A stretch of DNA of 64,000 nucleotides, from the NCBI GenBank assembly GCA_965242695.1, contig CBDESU010000001.1:960001-1024000 (forward strand), given 5' to 3'. Below the pieces are notes generated by a model. It saw only the letters and a program-made list of their open reading frames with translations. It did not search any database and was not told where the DNA came from. This document shows, piece by piece, positions 1-9,345 of the stretch. A program made the translations under genes and the position numbers. Source of the stretch: Cenarchaeum sp. Lineage in GTDB: Archaea > Thermoproteota > Nitrososphaeria > Nitrososphaerales > Nitrosopumilaceae. Positions within the stretch are counted from its first letter, which is position 1, and the number at the start of each line of letters is the position of its first letter.

Positions 1-726
1 GACATGCGGAGGTACAGGGACATCAGGGAAAGGATCGAATCGCAAGGCGTTTTTACCATGGAGGCGCCGATTCCACCGGAAGACGGCGTGTCGGGGCTCG
101 CGCTAGCCGAGCCTGCGCCGGCGGTCATACTGGTCAACTCGCGCGATCATATGCGCCGCCGCATCTTTGCGCTCCTACACGAGTACGCCCATGTGGCCCT
201 GAAGGATGTCGGGGTTGCCTGCGCCGTGGATGACTGGCATGGCGGCGGCGATGCAGGCGGCGGCGGCACTCGGCATGTCGAGCGGTGGTGCAACAGGTTT
301 GCAGGCGCCGTTCTCATGCCTAGGCCCGAGTTCGGCGCCGCGCTGCAAAATGCGCGGGGTGAGGATCGCGACCCGCTTCGGGTGGTGACAGTCCTGTCGG
401 ACAGGTTCTGCGTCGACAGGGCTGTGGCCTTGGCGCGCACTTTGGAAATCCTAGACGGTGATGCTATCGCGCCTACTTACTCGCGGTGCTGTGAGCAGAT
501 CGGGCGCGGAAGAACGCGACGGGGCGGCGATGCGGGCGGCGGCGGGGAGGAGGATGCCCGAGTGCCGCGCGCGGCAGCCTGCATGGAACGCATGGGATAC
601 AAGTACGCCCGCATGGTGATCGATGCGGAGGAGTCGGGCATCATAACGACCAACACCGCGCTGGACTACCTGGGGATAAAACTTAGCCACTGGGACGATC
701 TTAGGGCCTGGTGCGGGGCATGCTAG
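1..726 (+). CDS. ImmA/IrrE-family Zn metallopeptidase (probably 5'-partial)
   Basis: Contains 'RRIFALLHEYAH' (HExxH) and 'ERWCNRFAGAVLMP'. The frame is open to the window edge; first ATG is at 4. Confidence 0.85.
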   Translation, partial: DMRRYRDIRERIESQGVFTMEAPIPPEDGVSGLALAEPAPAVILVNSRDHMRRRIFALLHEYAHVALKDVGVACAVDDWHGGGDAGGGGTRHVERWCNRFAGAVLMPRPEFGAALQNARGEDRDPLRVVTVLSDRFCVDRAVALARTLEILDGDAIAPTYSRCCEQIGRGRTRRGGDAGGGGEEDARVPRAAACMERMGYKYARMVIDAEESGIITTNTALDYLGIKLSHWDDLRAWCGAC

Positions 727-1000
727 ATCCCCTGCATGCCGTCGACACCCGCCTCCATCCATCGACCCTGCGGCGGACGCCTGCGCAGGGGGGGGAGGAG
801 TGGGTTCTGACGCGGGTGCGCTGGCAGAGCGCACTGGCGGGACAGAACGCACGGCGGCCGGCCCGAGCGGCTTTATGCCGCCGCCGCACCGGCAGGCATC
901 CCTTCCTGCCAGGCGCGTTCGATCCGGGCGCGCGCTGGGCCCGGGCCGCCCGGGCGCCGCGCGCCGCACCCTTATTACCGCCCCGGCCCGGCTCCCCGGC

Positions 1001-1297
1001 ATGGCAAGGTACGACGTGCAGGCGGTAATCGGGAACAAGCCGGGCCTTAGCGATCCCGAGGGATCCACTATACTGGAGGACCTGGTCCTCAAGGGCGGGA
1101 CGTACTCGGGCGTCTCGGCCGTGCGGACCGCCAAGATGATACGGTTTACCGTGTCGGCGCCGTCGGCCCGGGCGGCGGCGGCGACCGTCAGGCGCCTGTG
1201 CGACGAGCTGCGCATATACAACCCGCTCGTGAGCGAGCTGTCAGTGACGGCCTCGGCTGCCGGCGGCGGCCGCGGGCGGCGCCGCGCCTCGAATTAA
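1001..1297 (+). CDS. purS: FGAM synthase subunit PurS
   Basis: MARYDVQAVIGNKPGLSDPEG...LCDELRIYNPLV. TATA-like cttatta at 971-977; first gene of the pur cluster. Confidence 0.93.
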   Translation: MARYDVQAVIGNKPGLSDPEGSTILEDLVLKGGTYSGVSAVRTAKMIRFTVSAPSARAAAATVRRLCDELRIYNPLVSELSVTASAAGGGRGRRRASN

Positions 1298-1312
1298 ATA
1301 GCCGCGGGCGGC

Positions 1313-2086
1313 GTGCGCGGCGTGCGCGTCGGGATCGTCGTGTTTCCGGGCAGCAACTGCGACCGCGACATGCTCCACGTAATGCGCGACGTATATGGCA
1401 TGGACGCCCGCCTCCACTGGCACGGCGATCCGCTGCCCGAGGACGAGCCGTACGACGCGGCCGTCCTGCCCGGCGGGTTCTCGTACGGCGACAGGCTGCG
1501 CGCCGGCGCGATCGCGGCCCACAGCCCCTCGATAGACGGCGTGCGGGGGATGGCCGAGAGCGGCGCGCCCGTCCTCGGCGTGTGCAACGGCTTTCAGATA
1601 CTCGTCGAGGCCGGAATGCTGCCCGGCGCGCTGCTGCGCAACGACACGCTGCGGTTCACGTGCGGCTGGACGTCGCTGTCCGTCGAGAATGCATCGACGC
1701 CGTTCACCCGCATGATGCGGCGCGGCATGCGCATGCCCATACCCGTGGCCAACGGCGAGGGCAGGTACTATGCCGACGCGCCGACCCTTCGCTGCCTCGA
1801 GGACAACGGGCAGGTCGTGTTCAGGTACGCGGACGGCGGCAACCCCAACGGCTCGACGGCCGGCATCGCCGGCGTGTGCAATGCGGAGGGAAACGTGGTC
1901 GGAATGATGCCGCATCCGGAGCGCGCCGCCGAGGCGGAGATAAACCCCGTCGACAGCGGGCCCGCCTCGCTCCTGTTCAAAGCCATGTCCGGCGAGCCTG
2001 CGATGAATGCAATTGCGGTGGGCCGCGGCCGGCGCGGAAGCGGCAAGGGCGGCAGCGCAAGGGGGTCTGCAGCACGCCGCCGCTGA
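1313..2086 (+). CDS. purQ: FGAM synthase glutaminase subunit PurQ
   Basis: Motifs VFPGSNCD, GGFSYGD, GVCNGFQIL (catalytic Cys) and GMMPHPER. Confidence 0.96.
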   Translation: MRGVRVGIVVFPGSNCDRDMLHVMRDVYGMDARLHWHGDPLPEDEPYDAAVLPGGFSYGDRLRAGAIAAHSPSIDGVRGMAESGAPVLGVCNGFQILVEAGMLPGALLRNDTLRFTCGWTSLSVENASTPFTRMMRRGMRMPIPVANGEGRYYADAPTLRCLEDNGQVVFRYADGGNPNGSTAGIAGVCNAEGNVVGMMPHPERAAEAEINPVDSGPASLLFKAMSGEPAMNAIAVGRGRRGSGKGGSARGSAARRR

Positions 2087-4383
2087 CCGCCGCCGAAGAG
2101 GCGCACCTAAGGGCCCGCCTGCGCCGCGAGCCGATGCCGGCCGAGGTCCGCCTCGCCGAGGCCGAGTGGTCCGAGCACTGCTCGTACAAGTCGTCGAGGG
2201 CCCACCTCGGCATCCTGCCGCGCAGCGGCCCCCGCGTGCTGACCGAGGGCTCGTACGACTCGGGCGTGCTCGACGTCGGCGGCGGGTACGTCGTCACGAT
2301 GCACATCGAGAGCCACAACCACCCGTCGGCCGTCGAGCCGTACGGAGGGGCCGCCACCGGGGTCGGCGGCGTCGTCCGCGACATACTGTCGACAGGAACC
2401 CGCCCGATAGCCGTCCTCAACGGGCTGCGCTTTGGCGATCCGCGGTCCGACCCGCGCGCCCGCTGGCTGCTCAAGCGCGCCGTCGAGGGGATCGCAGACT
2501 ACGGCAACTGCATCGGCGTGCCGACCGTCGGCGGCGAGGTCGGGTTCGACGAGTCGTACAACGGGTACGCGCTCGTCGACGTGGCCGCCGTCGGGTTTGG
2601 GCGAAAGGAGTCTCTCGTGCCCAACGAGGCGTCCGCCGGCGATGTGGTCCACCTGGTCGGCGGCGCTACCGGCCGCGACGGCATCGGAGGGGCCGGATTC
2701 GCATCGGACAGCCTGTCGGGCGGGGGCGGGAAGGGCGGGGACGACGACGGCAACCGCTCGGCCGTCCAGATACCAGACCCGTTCACGGAAAAGCTCGTCA
2801 TCGAGGCGGTTCTGGCCGCCAGGTCAGAGGGGATCATACGGGCGATGAAGGACCTCGGCGGCGGGGGCCTCGCATGCGCCGTGTCCGAGACGGCCGACTC
2901 GCTCGGAGCCGGAATCGACATGGACATTGGAGCCGTCCATGTGAGGGACCCGACGATGGGCGATGCCGACATACTGGTGTCCGAGTCGCAGGAGCGCATG
3001 CTGCTCGTCACGTCGCACGCCGACTCGGGGCGCCTCTCGCAAATCTGCGAAAGGTTCGGCGTGCGGTGCTCGGCGATCGGCACGGTGCGGCGGCACGGAA
3101 GGGTTCGCGTGCGCGGCAGGGACGGCGCCGATATAGTCCGCATGCCGGCCTCGCTGGCGGCCCACGCGCCGCTCCTGGACAGGCCCGCAAAGAGGCCGGA
3201 AAGGGCGGCGGCCGCGACAAAGTCCGGCCGCGGCGGCGGCCGGCGCACTCCAAGCCTGTCGGCATCGCTCGAGCGCGCGCTCGCCCTGCCCAACGTCGCG
3301 TCAAAGGCGTGGGCGTACGGGCAGTACGACCACGAGGTCGGGATACGCACGGTCGTCGGCCCCGGCAGGGATGCGGCCGTCCTCCGCCTCGACAACGGCA
3401 GGTTCCTTGCGGTCTCGATGGACGGCAACCCGCGCCACTGCCACGCCGATCCGGCGGCCGGCGCGGCCGGCTGCTTTGAGGAGGCGTGCCGCAACGTCGC
3501 ATGCGCCGGCGCGCGCCCCATCGGCATGGTCGACCACCTCCAGTTCGGCTCGCCCGAGGATCCAGGCGTATTCTGGACGTTTCTAGAGTCGCTGCGCGCG
3601 ATAGCGGCCCACTGCCGCGCGGCAGGCATACCATGCGTCGGCGGCAAGGTCAGCTTTTACAACGAGACGGATGCCGGCCCGATAAAGCCGACGCCGCTGA
3701 TCGCCGTCGCCGGCCTCGCCGATGCGGCGCCGCCGCGTGGATGGGGCGCGCCAAATTCGGCGGCGGCGGGGGGCGCCGGCAAGGCTAGGGGGACGGCGGC
3801 GGATCCCGCCCCGCTGTTCGCCGTCGGCACCACATACCTGGAAGAGACGGCCGCGGCCGAGTACTCTGCCGCGGCTGCCGGGGCAGAATGGGCCGGAGCC
3901 GAGTCTGGCACGGTCCCGCGCGTGCGCCCCGCAGAGTCTGCCGCCAATATGGATGCCGTGATCGGCGCCGTGTCCGGAGGCATGGCAGCCGTCGCACACG
4001 ACTGCTCAAAGGGCGGCCTGGCCGTGGCCGTCTCCGAGATGTGCCTGTGGGGGTCGGCCGGCTGCGACGTACGCCTGGACAGGGTGCCGGCGTCGGGAGG
4101 CGCGCGCAGGGACGGCCCGTCCCGCGACGCGGCCGCAATGTTCTCCGAGTCGCACTCGAGGTACCTCGTTGCCGCCGCCCCGGGCAGGGCGGCGGCCCTG
4201 CGGCGGCACCTGTCGGCGTCGGGGGCTCGGTGGGCCGAGATTGGCCGCATCGGCGGCCACGGCCCCATACGGTTCGCGCGGGGCGGGCGAGGATCCGCGC
4301 CGGCCGCCTCTATAACCCTCAAAAGGGCCCGCGCGGCGTGGGCGCCGTGGCCACAGGGCGGCACCGGGGCGGCATCCAAATGA
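2083..4383 (+). CDS. purL: FGAM synthase subunit PurL (start uncertain: CTG at 2083 or ATG at 2134)
   Basis: Motifs EWSEHCSYKSS, ESHNHPSAVEP, GAATGVGG, DLGGGG, SESQERM and GGKVSFYN. The N-terminal part of the 1198 ORF overlaps purQ and is spurious. Confidence 0.95.
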   Translation: MTAAEEAHLRARLRREPMPAEVRLAEAEWSEHCSYKSSRAHLGILPRSGPRVLTEGSYDSGVLDVGGGYVVTMHIESHNHPSAVEPYGGAATGVGGVVRDILSTGTRPIAVLNGLRFGDPRSDPRARWLLKRAVEGIADYGNCIGVPTVGGEVGFDESYNGYALVDVAAVGFGRKESLVPNEASAGDVVHLVGGATGRDGIGGAGFASDSLSGGGGKGGDDDGNRSAVQIPDPFTEKLVIEAVLAARSEGIIRAMKDLGGGGLACAVSETADSLGAGIDMDIGAVHVRDPTMGDADILVSESQERMLLVTSHADSGRLSQICERFGVRCSAIGTVRRHGRVRVRGRDGADIVRMPASLAAHAPLLDRPAKRPERAAAATKSGRGGGRRTPSLSASLERALALPNVASKAWAYGQYDHEVGIRTVVGPGRDAAVLRLDNGRFLAVSMDGNPRHCHADPAAGAAGCFEEACRNVACAGARPIGMVDHLQFGSPEDPGVFWTFLESLRAIAAHCRAAGIPCVGGKVSFYNETDAGPIKPTPLIAVAGLADAAPPRGWGAPNSAAAGGAGKARGTAADPAPLFAVGTTYLEETAAAEYSAAAAGAEWAGAESGTVPRVRPAESAANMDAVIGAVSGGMAAVAHDCSKGGLAVAVSEMCLWGSAGCDVRLDRVPASGGARRDGPSRDAAAMFSESHSRYLVAAAPGRAAALRRHLSASGARWAEIGRIGGHGPIRFARGGRGSAPAASITLKRARAAWAPWPQGGTGAASK

Positions 4384-5846
4384 CCGGCGGCCGGCAGGCG
4401 CGCGAGAACTGCGGCGTCGTCGGGCTGTACAGCACGTCGGGGTTCAACGTCGTGCCGATGGCGATAGATGCGCTGCGGGCCCTGCAGCACCGCGGCCAGG
4501 AGGCGTGGGGGATCGCGGTGCCCGGAAAGGAGCCGCTCAAGCGGACGGGCCTCGTGTCCGGCTCGGCGCGCGAGCTGCGCCGAATCGCCGGCGACTATGC
4601 CGCCCCGGCGGCGATCGGCCACGTGCGGTACTCTACGATGGGCAGCAGCAGCCTGGACAACGCGCAGCCGCTAAAGGTGCGCGACCTGTGCGTGGCCCAC
4701 AACGGGACCATTGCCAACGCGCGCGAGCTGTCCGGGATGGTCGGCGGGTGCACGTTCACGCCGCAGAACGCAAGCGACACGATGGTCGCCGCCGAGAGGC
4801 TCGTCGCGCTCATCACGGAGCGGGGCGGCATGGGAAAGGCCCTGTCCGTCCTAAAGGACGAGATGGTCGGGTCGTACTGCTTTGCGTTCCTCTCCGGCGA
4901 CGGGTCGGTCTATGCGGCGCGCGACCCCAAGGGGTTCCGCCCGATGGTCGTCGGCCGCAAGGCCGACGTCGGCGTAGACATGGTCGCATCCGAGTCGTCG
5001 GCCCTGTCGGCCGTCGGGGCGCGCCTCGAGCGCAGCGTCCGGCCCGGCGAGCTCATCCGCATGGGCCCCGGCGGCGTGCGCAGCGAAATGTTCTCGGGCG
5101 ACGTCGGCCGCGCGCACTGTTCGTTCGAGTTTGTCTACTTTGCGCACCCGTCTAGCAACATGGAGGGAATGAACGTGTACGTCGCTCGAAAGGAGATCGG
5201 CAGGTTCCTCGCGCGAAAGTTCCCGCTGCGCGACGCCGACCTCGTAATACCGGTGCCCGACTCGGCCAGGCCGGCGGCGCTCGGGTACGCGCAGGAGCTT
5301 GGCGTGCCGTTCGACGAGGGCCTCCTCAAGGACCGCTACAGCAAGAAGGGACCGCTGCGCAGCTTTATCGAGCCGCACCAGAGCGACCGCGTAGAGATAA
5401 ACCGCTGGATAATACCCATCCGCGAGATCATCGACGGGAGGCACGTCGTCGTCATCGACGACAGCCTCGTGAGGGGGACGAGCTCGAGGGCCATCGTAAA
5501 GGCGCTGCGCAGGGCCGGCGCGCGCCGCATCAGCATGCTCATCACGTACCCGCCCATACGGCACCCGTGCTACGCGGGGATCGACTTTCCGTCGCGCGAC
5601 GAGCTCGCCGCGCACGACGGCGGGCGCGGCCTGTCCGACGAGGCGGCCGTCGAAAAGGTGCGCTCGGACATCGGGGCCGACTTTCTGGGGTACAACGACG
5701 CCGAGAACCTGGCCGCGGCCGTCGGCATGCCGCGCTCGTCGATGTGCTTTACGTGCCACACGGGCGACTACTCGCCGCTCGGCGGGGGCCCGAACGGCGC
5801 GTTCGACCCCGCGGCGGCAGAGGCCGCGCCGCGCAGCCAAAAGTGA
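4380..5846 (+). CDS. purF: Amidophosphoribosyltransferase PurF
   Basis: Propeptide then ENCGVVG (Ntn Cys); LQHRGQE, GHVRYST, AHNG, DDSLVRGTS, CFTC. ATGA overlap with the purL stop. Confidence 0.96.
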   Translation: MTGGRQARENCGVVGLYSTSGFNVVPMAIDALRALQHRGQEAWGIAVPGKEPLKRTGLVSGSARELRRIAGDYAAPAAIGHVRYSTMGSSSLDNAQPLKVRDLCVAHNGTIANARELSGMVGGCTFTPQNASDTMVAAERLVALITERGGMGKALSVLKDEMVGSYCFAFLSGDGSVYAARDPKGFRPMVVGRKADVGVDMVASESSALSAVGARLERSVRPGELIRMGPGGVRSEMFSGDVGRAHCSFEFVYFAHPSSNMEGMNVYVARKEIGRFLARKFPLRDADLVIPVPDSARPAALGYAQELGVPFDEGLLKDRYSKKGPLRSFIEPHQSDRVEINRWIIPIREIIDGRHVVVIDDSLVRGTSSRAIVKALRRAGARRISMLITYPPIRHPCYAGIDFPSRDELAAHDGGRGLSDEAAVEKVRSDIGADFLGYNDAENLAAAVGMPRSSMCFTCHTGDYSPLGGGPNGAFDPAAAEAAPRSQK

Positions 5847-5998
5847 TCGGCGCTCCTGCCAGACTCCCCGGCAGGGCTCGTGACCCGCCGCGCTGCGGCG
5901 GGCCGGGGCGCTGCGGGGTGGCGGGGAGAGGGACCGCCGCCGCCCGATCGCATCCGTCCCGTACGGGGCGGATCGAACGGCATAAAGGCGGCGCATGG

Positions 5999-6826
5999 AT
6001 GCCGGCGGGCGTGGCGGAAGGCGGCGGCGGCCTGGGCGGGGCCGCCTCGGGCGTGTGGGTGGCGGCGGCGGCCGCTAGGGCGTGGGCCGCGGCGGTGCAC
6101 AGCCGCGCCACATGGGCCGCGTACATGCGGGCGTGGGAGGCCAAGGCGGGGTCGGAGTCGGCCATGATGCGCGCCGCCGAGTCGAACGGAAGGGCCGTGG
6201 GAGCGGACAATGCGGTCGACTCGGCGGCGATCAGGCAGGCCGCCGCCGCGCTCGGCGAGGCGGCCGAGGCCGTGGAGCGGGCCACGGAGGCGTTCGACAC
6301 GGCATCCAAGCTGGGCAGCCTAGAGGCCGACGAGCAGGAGAGGGCCGCCGAGGCGTACAGGCGGGCGGCGATCGTCGCGCGGGAGCGCGCCGCGCGCAGG
6401 CAGGCCGCCGCGGCCCTCAGGCTGGCGCTAAAGGCGGCCGAATGGGCCGCCAGGATGGCCGTGGACTCGTACAAGGCCAGGGAGGTGGCCGACAAGTGGT
6501 CTGCAAGCGCGGCCAAGTGCTCAGAGTCCGAGTACGAGTGGGGCGAGGGGCAGAAGAAGTGGATTGCCGGGCAGGCGAGCCTACATGCCGAGATCAAGCG
6601 GGAGCGGGAAGTGTCGGACGAGATGGCAAAGGAGGCGGCGGCAAGGGAGCGGGAGGCGGCGGACGAGCTGGGGCAGGCCGCCGCGGCCGCAGAGCAGGCG
6701 GCAAGGGCCGCCGAGCGCGGCCAGGCCGCGGGCGGCGCGCAGGAAGAGGCGGCGGCGGCCCTGGAAAAGGCGATGGCCGCGGCCAGGCGGGCCGCGGGGG
6801 GCGGCGGCGGGGGCACCGGCGCATAG
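5999..6826 (+). CDS. Ala/Glu-rich alpha-helical hypothetical protein
   Basis: Natural helical composition with GC-rich third positions; no recognised motif. Confidence 0.6.
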   Translation: MPAGVAEGGGGLGGAASGVWVAAAAARAWAAAVHSRATWAAYMRAWEAKAGSESAMMRAAESNGRAVGADNAVDSAAIRQAAAALGEAAEAVERATEAFDTASKLGSLEADEQERAAEAYRRAAIVARERAARRQAAAALRLALKAAEWAARMAVDSYKAREVADKWSASAAKCSESEYEWGEGQKKWIAGQASLHAEIKREREVSDEMAKEAAAREREAADELGQAAAAAEQAARAAERGQAAGGAQEEAAAALEKAMAAARRAAGGGGGGTGA

Positions 6827-7123
6827 CGCCGGCGGGCGGCGCGGAGACTCCGACACGGGGGGGGGGGGGGCGGGGGCTCGGGGCCTGCCGCCTCTACAGA
6901 TGCGAAATCTGCGGTGTGATCGGCGGCCGCGACGCGATTGGCATGGACGGCGTCAATGCACAATCGCGCCGCGCGGCAAAAGCGCGGGAGAAATGGGGGC
7001 AGATCAAGGGCCAGAGAAGCTCTGAAGCGGGCGACATGGACTCGCACGGGGATGCGATTGGCGCGGAGGTGGTTCGCCGCCGAATCACACCTGCGGGCGG
7101 GTGGGAGTTCACCAAGGAGACTC

Positions 7124-8721
7124 CTACACCAGCAAGGCAAAGACGGATGCGGGGACTATGGCCATCCCGGAGCGCTCCTCCGCGCTGTCCCTGCTCAGGA
7201 CGGCCCCGCCGCTACCGCCCATCCCTGCGGCCTTTCTAAAGTCGAACATGCCGTGCAGATCGCCCCTGCGCACCCGCCCCTGCCACTTGACGTCGATCGG
7301 CACCACCCGCCCCTGCCGGCGCGCACCACAAAGTCGACCTCGCGCCCGCGGCTTCCCTTCCAATATAGTCACGAGCGCATGTTCTTGACCCCCTTTTTGC
7401 TACATCGACGCCTAATCGATGCACGCAAAAGGGTCAGAAACTTACGCTCGGGACTATAGAACACGGTATCGAAGGGCCCATTCTGATCGCCGCCGGTGTT
7501 GAGGCCAGACGCCAGGCGAAACACATGGCAGGCTGCCGCCTGCTCGACAAGCGGGCCGGCGTGCAGCTCGTCCCCGAGCGCTGCCACGCTGCGCGCAAAC
7601 GGGTCAGGCCGCCCTGCAGATTCCCATGCGTTGAGAAGGAACGGGTCGCAAAAGTACAGCTTTTTGAGCGCGTTGTGCCGGGAGGCATCCTGCGAGAAAT
7701 CGTAGCGGTACAGGACGTGCAGCATGCGCAGCCCCGCCATCTTGCGGGCGTACTTTTCGGCCACCCTTGGGTTTTCAATGTCGGTGCCTGCCGCTAAGGC
7801 CTGCCAAGACGCGGCGGTTCCTACGGACCTGGCCGCGGACTTTAGAATGGAGGCGGCCCGCTCGTGCCGGAGTCCGGCCCCCGCCAGGTCGGCGTACGCC
7901 ATGCCCAGGCAGTCCTGGTACTCCTCGTCCGGTATGAATCCCCCGGATGCGAGGCGGCCGGCGGTCCACGGCATCCCCCCGGACAGCATGTACTCGTGAA
8001 AGTGCGCGTTCAGGACGTCTACGAGCTGAAGCAGATCCTTCACCCGCTCAGGCACCTCGCCGCCGAGCACGGATCGCACCGCCTCGATCCGCCCCTGGCC
8101 GTCGCCAAGGGACAGGCCGCGCAGCGCCGATCGCACCTCCTCGTCACGAGACGCGGCGTACTCTCCAAATCCCATGGGCTGAAGGATCCTGTCCGAGAAT
8201 GCGCCCCCCGGCCCGTCCCTGCGCCCGCGGAGCGGGGCCGAAGCGCCCGCAACTGCCGCGTCCGAGCCGGTCGCCACAAGGGTGCAGTTGCGCAGCCTCC
8301 CGCATTCGAGCATCTTCTCGAGCTCCCTTTCCCAGTTTCTTATGCCGGCGACTTCGTCCAGAAAGACGAACCGCCTGCCCCTTCCGCCGTTCATTGCAAG
8401 GTATTCTGCGAGCAGGATGCTGATGTCGGCTGGACGGCCTCCGGCCTCGAACGAGTAGTAGAGCACATCGCGGGGCGGGATGCCCTCTCCAAGCAGGCGC
8501 ATTATCTCCATCTTGAGAAGCGTCGTCTTGCCGACGCGCCTCGGCCCGCGCAGAGTGTAGATACGATCGCCGGCCGCAAAGCGGTGCCGCTCCCCCAGAA
8601 TCCTCTTGACATGCGATCGCTCCATGTTCTGTATCGCCGGATCGCGGTCGATGGCGGTCGGGTCGCTCCACCAAGGGTTCGCATCTCGGATTTTTCTCTC
8701 GAACACGGGCCCGCCCCCCAA
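7124..8721 (-). pseudogene. AAA_14 ATPase + DUF4143/PD-(D/E)xK domain protein, interrupted
   Basis: Walker A GPRRVGKTT, Walker B FLDEV, ATGS and KKLYFCDP. The C-terminal 'FYWKGSRGREVDFVV...PIDVKWQ' is split by a MITE (7366-7456) and a 1-nt frameshift near 7310. Confidence 0.85.
7366..7456. mobile_element. 91-bp MITE with TA target duplication (IS630/Tc1-mariner-type ends)
   Basis: Imperfect ~33-bp TIRs: tagtcacgagcgcatgttcttgaccccctttttgc and gcaaaagggtcagaaacttacgctcgggacta. TA at 7364-7365 and 7457-7458. Removing it restores TTC TAT TGG (F-Y-W). Confidence 0.85.
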
Positions 8722-8760
8722 CGTCGGATGTAAGCAAGTTGCGCAGTTTGGACGTTTTTA

Positions 8761-8872
8761 CTTATAAAGAGCAGATCGCCCACGGTCAAGGTCTCTTATA
8801 ACAGCCAGATCGCCCACGGTCAAGGTCTCTTATAACAGCCAGATCGCCCACGGTCAAGGTCTCTTATAACAG
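8761..8872. repeat. 34-bp tandem repeat (about 3.3 copies), each with TTATAA
   Basis: Unit cttataacagccagatcgcccacggtcaaggtct at 8761 (2 mismatches), 8795 and 8829, with a partial copy at 8863. Confidence 0.95.
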
Positions 8873-9345
8873 CAGGCGTGAATATGAAGGCGCTCGCCGT
8901 ATCCCCGGGCATCCCGCCCCGCCTCTCGCCTTGTCCGTGGCATTCATTGTGTGGTAGGTGAGCAGTTCCAGCCCGGCAGGCCCACAATGCGCATGCGGTC
9001 CCGTCCGTCGCATTCTGCACAATGCCAATGAGTGGATTGCGCGATCCTCATTTTTGCCAACGCTGTCGCCTAGTCAGGTCATTGAAGCGCATGTGGCAAC
9101 CTGCCTGCGGTGGTACCCAAGACGTGCCGTCCTGACAGTGAAAACGGCGCGCGGCGGAAATGGGCAGGCTGCCCAAGCTTGCCGCAATGTTCAAAAGCCG
9201 GCTGCAGAGGGCGGGCGGCAGGCGGGGGGAATACTGTCGACGGTCGAAATGCGTGGAACGGGAGCATGGATGTCCTTGGCGGCATCGTGTGCGGCAGCTG
9301 CCGCCAATCCCACCGCGATCATTCCCCGTGCGGGGGCGGCCTAGC

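Noticed and set aside
1198-2082. Long N-terminal extension of the 1061-aa purL ORF (likewise 3888-4379, 5567-5998 and 11502-12374)
   Set aside because: These are Arg-rich off-frame read-through of the upstream genes, expected at high GC.
8761-8872. 34-bp repeats as a CRISPR array
   Set aside because: The units are contiguous, with no unique spacers.
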